From positions 1 to 51,169 of the IMG/VR virus record IMGVR_UViG_3300010150_000027: DNA of 51,169 nucleotides; one strand, written 5' to 3'. A model generated the notes under the pieces. That model was given only the letters and a program-made list of their open reading frames with translations. It made no database searches and had not been told where the DNA came from. Below, one piece after another: positions 46,996 to 51,169 of the stretch (positions are counted from its first letter, which is position 1; each line of letters starts with the position of its first letter). The stretch is from a virus (Duplodnaviria; Caudoviricetes). Both the position numbers and the translations under genes were made by a program.

Positions 46996-48386
46996 ATATC
47001 TTCCTCACTAGGTGCGCTATCTTGTTCATTCTCTCTAGGTAAACTTCCTACATTTGAAGGTTGTTCGACCTCTTTCCTTTCATCACCTTCTTTGCCTATT
47101 TCCGGTAAGTTTAGAATATCAAGGGATTGATTAAGCGTAAGTAGGCCACCATCATAACCCATTGTGACTCTTTGCATAACATTTAGTGGAGACTCCATAT
47201 CCATAGCGTCAAACTTGATAGTAGGCAAATCTTGTCGTCTATATGTTATACCTAATAGGTCTAAGTGCATCATAAATAGTTGCATAGCAGACTCCGCTAG
47301 TATTTTGTGCATACGGCTAATCGCTTGTACGGCCCAAAGGTTAGCATTGAATGTTGCTGCGAATGTAGAACCACGTTCTTGACCTGCTGCTACTCTTGGT
47401 ACTTGTAGTACGGCTGCAATATCAGCATTTATACTATCTAGGAAATCCGCACTATTAGGCATTGTATTACCTAAATCTACGTGATGTAGATTAACGTAAT
47501 GCGGCAGTACAGGTATTTGGTCGCCCCTTAGACCGGAGAATAAACTAATTACCTCATCCATAATAAATGACAACCTTTGTGATTGTTCAACAGGGTCTTG
47601 TATATGTTCAATAGCAGATTGGTCTATTGTAATGTATTGTTTTGTCATAGCATCTTCTAAAGATATACGGTTATTCATACTGTTGTATTTCATGCGTATT
47701 GCTTGCTTTAGTGCCGAGAAACGTGATGCACCCCATATACCATAAGTTTTTCTGCCTTTGTTATCTGTAAACCAATTAGAACGGAAATCAACCTTTATGT
47801 GTAATATTTCTTTTGCGGATATAGCAACTTCATACGGGGATGTTTCACGCATAATATATGTTCTTGGGTTAATTATAGGGTTATCTTCGTCAGCAACGAA
47901 ATAAGAACCTACACCACCTCTTTCATCAACAATAGTTATTTGTTTGATAGGAAGGCTTTGTAGACCTGTTACTCCTATACCTTGTTTACCTACTATTTTG
48001 TTAATGTCATTACCGTAAACCATCATATTACGCATAGAGTTAATCATAATGTCGTCAAAGTCAAGAGTATCTTCTACAAGACTCTGTATGGCATTTCGTA
48101 TCTGTGCATTTTTACCTTTAGAATAATTAATTTCATAATTGTTAGCCGTAAGTGATACAGCACGAACCGCACCATTTAATTCTGGGTCTAACTTCAGCAT
48201 AAGGTCATACAAATCAAACTCATTGTCAAACTTACTATCTTGTCTTAGTTTTTCGGTATCTCTGACAATATCCGGTATTCCTGCAATCGCTGAAAACTTT
48301 TCGTTAGTTGATAACGCTATTCTCTTCGGTTCTACGGGTTTTTCTGCACTTCCGGTTAATCTTTGCCACAAACTTCGCTCGGCCAT
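46992..48386 (-). CDS. portal protein
   Basis: 464 aa at the head of the virion operon; MMVYGND, EILHIK, YGIWGAS, IAAVLQVP, GLLTLNQ. Confidence 0.85.
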   Translation of the reverse strand: MAERSLWQRLTGSAEKPVEPKRIALSTNEKFSAIAGIPDIVRDTEKLRQDSKFDNEFDLYDLMLKLDPELNGAVRAVSLTANNYEINYSKGKNAQIRNAIQSLVEDTLDFDDIMINSMRNMMVYGNDINKIVGKQGIGVTGLQSLPIKQITIVDERGGVGSYFVADEDNPIINPRTYIMRETSPYEVAISAKEILHIKVDFRSNWFTDNKGRKTYGIWGASRFSALKQAIRMKYNSMNNRISLEDAMTKQYITIDQSAIEHIQDPVEQSQRLSFIMDEVISLFSGLRGDQIPVLPHYVNLHHVDLGNTMPNSADFLDSINADIAAVLQVPRVAAGQERGSTFAATFNANLWAVQAISRMHKILAESAMQLFMMHLDLLGITYRRQDLPTIKFDAMDMESPLNVMQRVTMGYDGGLLTLNQSLDILNLPEIGKEGDERKEVEQPSNVGSLPRENEQDSAPSEEDI

Positions 48387-48404
48387 ATAATTACGAGGAT
48401 TAGG

Positions 48405-48420
48405 TCGTTTTATAACACTT
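48405..48420 (-). promoter_or_regulatory. class II promoter AAGTGTTATAAAACGA (portal operon)
   Basis: TTATAA ends 23 nt before ATG 48386; mirrored copy at 48668. Confidence 0.7.
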
Positions 48421-48461
48421 TTTGATGTTTTTCTTAATTTTTTTTATTTTTTCAATATATT

Positions 48462-48642
48462 ACAAAATTAATAAAACGCTGTACTGCGCTAATTCTTTCT
48501 ATTTATTTTATTTCTTCTATAGTATGGATGAAGTTAATAACTAAAAGAGTAATAGATAGACAGGGCCGCCGCCTACCCATACTAAAGAAAGAATAAATTA
48601 ATTCAGATATAGGCTTTCGGTAAGGCGTTTTTTTAATTTTGT
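48462..48642. repeat. long imperfect inverted repeat centred at 48552
   Basis: 48462-48479 and 48625-48642 pair at 17/18 positions; 48520-48527 and 48577-48584 pair at 8/8; both share one axis. Confidence 0.8.
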
Positions 48643-48667
48643 TAAATGCTAAATCAATAAAATAAAT

Positions 48668-48683
48668 AAGTATTATAAGACGA
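48668..48683 (+). promoter_or_regulatory. class II promoter AAGTATTATAAGACGA (terminase operon)
   Basis: TTATAA ends 23 nt before ATG 48702. Confidence 0.7.
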
Positions 48684-48701
48684 TATGAGCAGGACAGTAC
48701 A

Positions 48702-50132
48702 ATGGGAAGGTATCAAGGGGGCTACGACCTCATAGAAAAATACGCCAATGATAGGACTTTTAGGAATAATTCCGACTTTGCTCGGTTTTTGCACGAAGTT
48801 GAGCCACAATGCTCGATAAACAGTTGGAGATGTAGAATACAACGGTGGGTCAAGCAAGGAAATGATTATAGACAAGTGGAAACAACCGAATTATCTGTAA
48901 ATAAGATAAGAGTTTACTATGATAAAGCAAATGACACTTATTTGACGGTGTTAGATGCACTAGGTGGTGAAATGGTTGCTATTGATGGTGATAAACATAG
49001 AAACATGAAAAAAGATTATTCAGATGACGGTAATGGTTTGTCTGCAACAGATTTGGCTAGAAAATACGGAATACCTACGGGTTGGATTAAAGAATACATA
49101 AGAGTCAATGAATGGAATCACGGTATGGACATTTTTACCGATGAAGAAGTTATGACAAAGACTACTGATGATTTGGTAAATGAAACTCTTGCTGTTAGAC
49201 GTATGCAAGTAGCAGAAAAGGTAGAAAGTAAGCGTTGGGCTGAAATAGAAAAAGACGCTAACGCATATAGGGCTTTTAGCGATACAATTCTTAATGAGTT
49301 TCTTACTTTAATCCCAAAAGTAAAAACAACTACGAAAAACAGAATCAAGATGACGGAAAACGGTAATTACGCTGTAGTAATTTCTCCTACTGACTTACAT
49401 TATGGTAAATATGGTTGGAAAGATGAAGTCGGTGAGGAATATGACCTTGACGAAGCACGTTCAAGACTTATTGACCGCACAAACAATTTAATTTCAAGAT
49501 TGCCAAGTAGACCCGACAAGGTTATTGTGACTGCGGGTTCTGATTGGTTTCATGTTGATAATGACGCAGGTACTACTACGAGAGGAACACCACAAGATAT
49601 GGCGGCTACTCCTGCACAAATACTTATGGGTGGTTGTGAGTTAGCAAGAGAGCATATTGAAATGCTTCGTGCTGTTTCTCCTGTACAAGTAGTATTTATG
49701 TGCGGTAATCACGACAGGCATAGTAATTTTGCCTTGATGATGTATTTATCTGCACTTTATGAAAATGTAGATGACGTAGAAGTAATAGTTAGTCCTTATC
49801 CTCGACAGTATATAAAATACGGAAACTCTTTACTAGGTTTTACTCATGGTGATGGAGTTAGGGGTAATGACTTACCTGCACTTATGGCTACAGAAGAAAG
49901 ACAGGCTTGGGGAGAAAGAGAACACCATTATTGGTTTCACGGACACCTACACCACATGAGATTAACAGAAAAAGCAGGATGTACGGTAATTCAATTACCT
50001 AGTCTAGCCGGACACGATAGATACCACGCTAGAAAAGGATATGTTCTTGCTAGAGCAGGTATTTGCGCCCATATTGTAGATAAAGAATTGGGATTAGTAG
50101 GTAATTTGTTTTCTCCGGTGGTGCATGAGTAA
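48702..50132 (+). CDS. calcineurin-like metallophosphoesterase with N-terminal HTH region
   Basis: DLHYG, GSDWFH, GNHD, HGD, HGHLHH; HTH-like LSATDLARKYGIPTGWI. Confidence 0.85.
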   Translation: MGRYQGGYDLIEKYANDRTFRNNSDFARFLHEVEPQCSINSWRCRIQRWVKQGNDYRQVETTELSVNKIRVYYDKANDTYLTVLDALGGEMVAIDGDKHRNMKKDYSDDGNGLSATDLARKYGIPTGWIKEYIRVNEWNHGMDIFTDEEVMTKTTDDLVNETLAVRRMQVAEKVESKRWAEIEKDANAYRAFSDTILNEFLTLIPKVKTTTKNRIKMTENGNYAVVISPTDLHYGKYGWKDEVGEEYDLDEARSRLIDRTNNLISRLPSRPDKVIVTAGSDWFHVDNDAGTTTRGTPQDMAATPAQILMGGCELAREHIEMLRAVSPVQVVFMCGNHDRHSNFALMMYLSALYENVDDVEVIVSPYPRQYIKYGNSLLGFTHGDGVRGNDLPALMATEERQAWGEREHHYWFHGHLHHMRLTEKAGCTVIQLPSLAGHDRYHARKGYVLARAGICAHIVDKELGLVGNLFSPVVHE

Positions 50133-50248
50133 TGTGGGTTTCAGCCAAATGCTACACTTGTGGTTGGGCTACTAACAGAATGATGAAAACAAAAGCGTTA
50201 AGAGGTATATGTCCACATTGTAATAAAAAAGATTTACACCCGAAGTGA
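50132..50248 (+). CDS. small Zn-ribbon protein (38 aa; not in ORF track)
   Basis: MWVSAKCYTCG...ICPHCNKKDLHPK*; TAATG coupling. Confidence 0.6.
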   Translation: MWVSAKCYTCGWATNRMMKTKALRGICPHCNKKDLHPK

Positions 50249-50252
50249 TTAT

Positions 50253-51169
50253 ATGGCTACATTCAATACTAATTTTTCTATGGAACGTAGTCGTAATGAC
50301 GTAGAGTATTTCTACAAATGGCTAGGTTATACTTGGGGCGACCATATAGGACAATGGATGGATATGTACGGAGATAATCACGACAATTCTTCTGTACATC
50401 GTGTTTGTGTTATTGCACCGAGGGACCATAGTAAATCAACTACTTTAAGGGTAAAACTACTACACATGGCACTTTTTGAACAATGGCGTAATAAACCTTT
50501 TACTTGTTGGTTATTTTCTGCTAGTAAAGACCTTGCAGTTAGAAGGCTAGAAGAGATAAGGGAAGATATGAAAAGACATCCCCAATTATCTAGGTATCTC
50601 GACCCTAAGAGGGGCAACAAACTTGAAATACGTTTTACTAACGGTGCATGGATTCGTGCTACTTCTGTTGGTGCGGCTATTCGTGGAGAACACCCTGCGG
50701 CTATTGCATTTGATGACGTACTTGATGATATGGGGGATATGAATTGGAATAACATAGCACAATGGTTTAGAAAGAAGATTACCCCTATGTTGAGTCCCGG
50801 TACAGCGATTTTCGTAGTAGGTACACCTATGAGTATGAATGATTTGTACCATACAGAAATGCTAGAGAATAAAACATGGAAATCGGGTACATGGTCTGCT
50901 ATCCCTAATTGGGATGAACATAAAGCCGACCCACTAAATATTAAACCTGTAGAGTTATGGGCTGAATATAGACCTATTAAGTTTTTACTAGAACAAAAAG
51001 AGGCTATGGGTGAATTATCCTTTGTACAGGAATATTTGTGTAAAGTAGTAGATGACGAGGCTAGTGTGTTTCCTAGAATGTTGATTAGAAAAAATATGGA
51101 TATGGATGCTATATTACAGACTGATAAGATGGATGGTTACAGATATGTTATAGGGTTCGACCCTGCACA
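50253..51169 (+). CDS. terL: terminase large subunit, N-terminal part (runs off window; not in ORF track)
   Basis: Walker A IAPRDHSKST, AIRGEHP, Walker B IAFDD, VVGTP, FVQEYLC, and the nuclease-domain start YVIGFDPA. Confidence 0.92.
   Translation, partial: MATFNTNFSMERSRNDVEYFYKWLGYTWGDHIGQWMDMYGDNHDNSSVHRVCVIAPRDHSKSTTLRVKLLHMALFEQWRNKPFTCWLFSASKDLAVRRLEEIREDMKRHPQLSRYLDPKRGNKLEIRFTNGAWIRATSVGAAIRGEHPAAIAFDDVLDDMGDMNWNNIAQWFRKKITPMLSPGTAIFVVGTPMSMNDLYHTEMLENKTWKSGTWSAIPNWDEHKADPLNIKPVELWAEYRPIKFLLEQKEAMGELSFVQEYLCKVVDDEASVFPRMLIRKNMDMDAILQTDKMDGYRYVIGFDPA

Noticed and set aside
1-51169. Provirus, bacterial phage or halovirus identity
   Set aside because: No integrase, att site or host genes are seen. 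RFC, MCM, AEP primase, ERCC4, TATA promoters and GGTGA SD motifs point to an archaeal host. The low GC content argues against a typical halovirus.

Overview
This is a 51 kb internal segment of a tailed dsDNA archaeal virus (Caudoviricetes). Its gene set most resembles the marine Poseidoniales/MGII 'magroviruses', but that assignment is inferred from gene content, not a database hit. The + strand from 1 to 15.7 kb holds an archaeal-type replication and recombination module: MCM-like helicase (cut by the window start), RFC clamp loader, probable SSB and sliding clamp, GroES/GroEL, a P-loop ATPase, PolB, a Cas4-like nuclease, a fused PriS-PriL primase and an ERCC4 nuclease. The - strand from 15.7 to 48.4 kb is a siphovirus-like virion module: portal, protease/scaffold, capsid, neck, tail tube, tail chaperones with a -1 frameshift, tape measure, a 2277-aa tail-tip protein, and a 2051-aa collagen-like fibre near a 2OG-Fe(II) oxygenase. 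A palindromic AT-rich divergent region separates it from a metallophosphoesterase and the terminase large subunit (cut by the window end). The most notable observations are: (1) two promoter classes with a near-fixed 23-nt TATA-to-ATG spacing; (2) a PolB with rewritten active-site motifs; (3) a collagen fibre plus putative prolyl hydroxylase, with synonymously recoded repeats; (4) a coaxial nested palindrome between portal and terminase; (5) apparent avoidance of GATC, AGCT and CCWGG. All functional calls come from motif recognition by eye.
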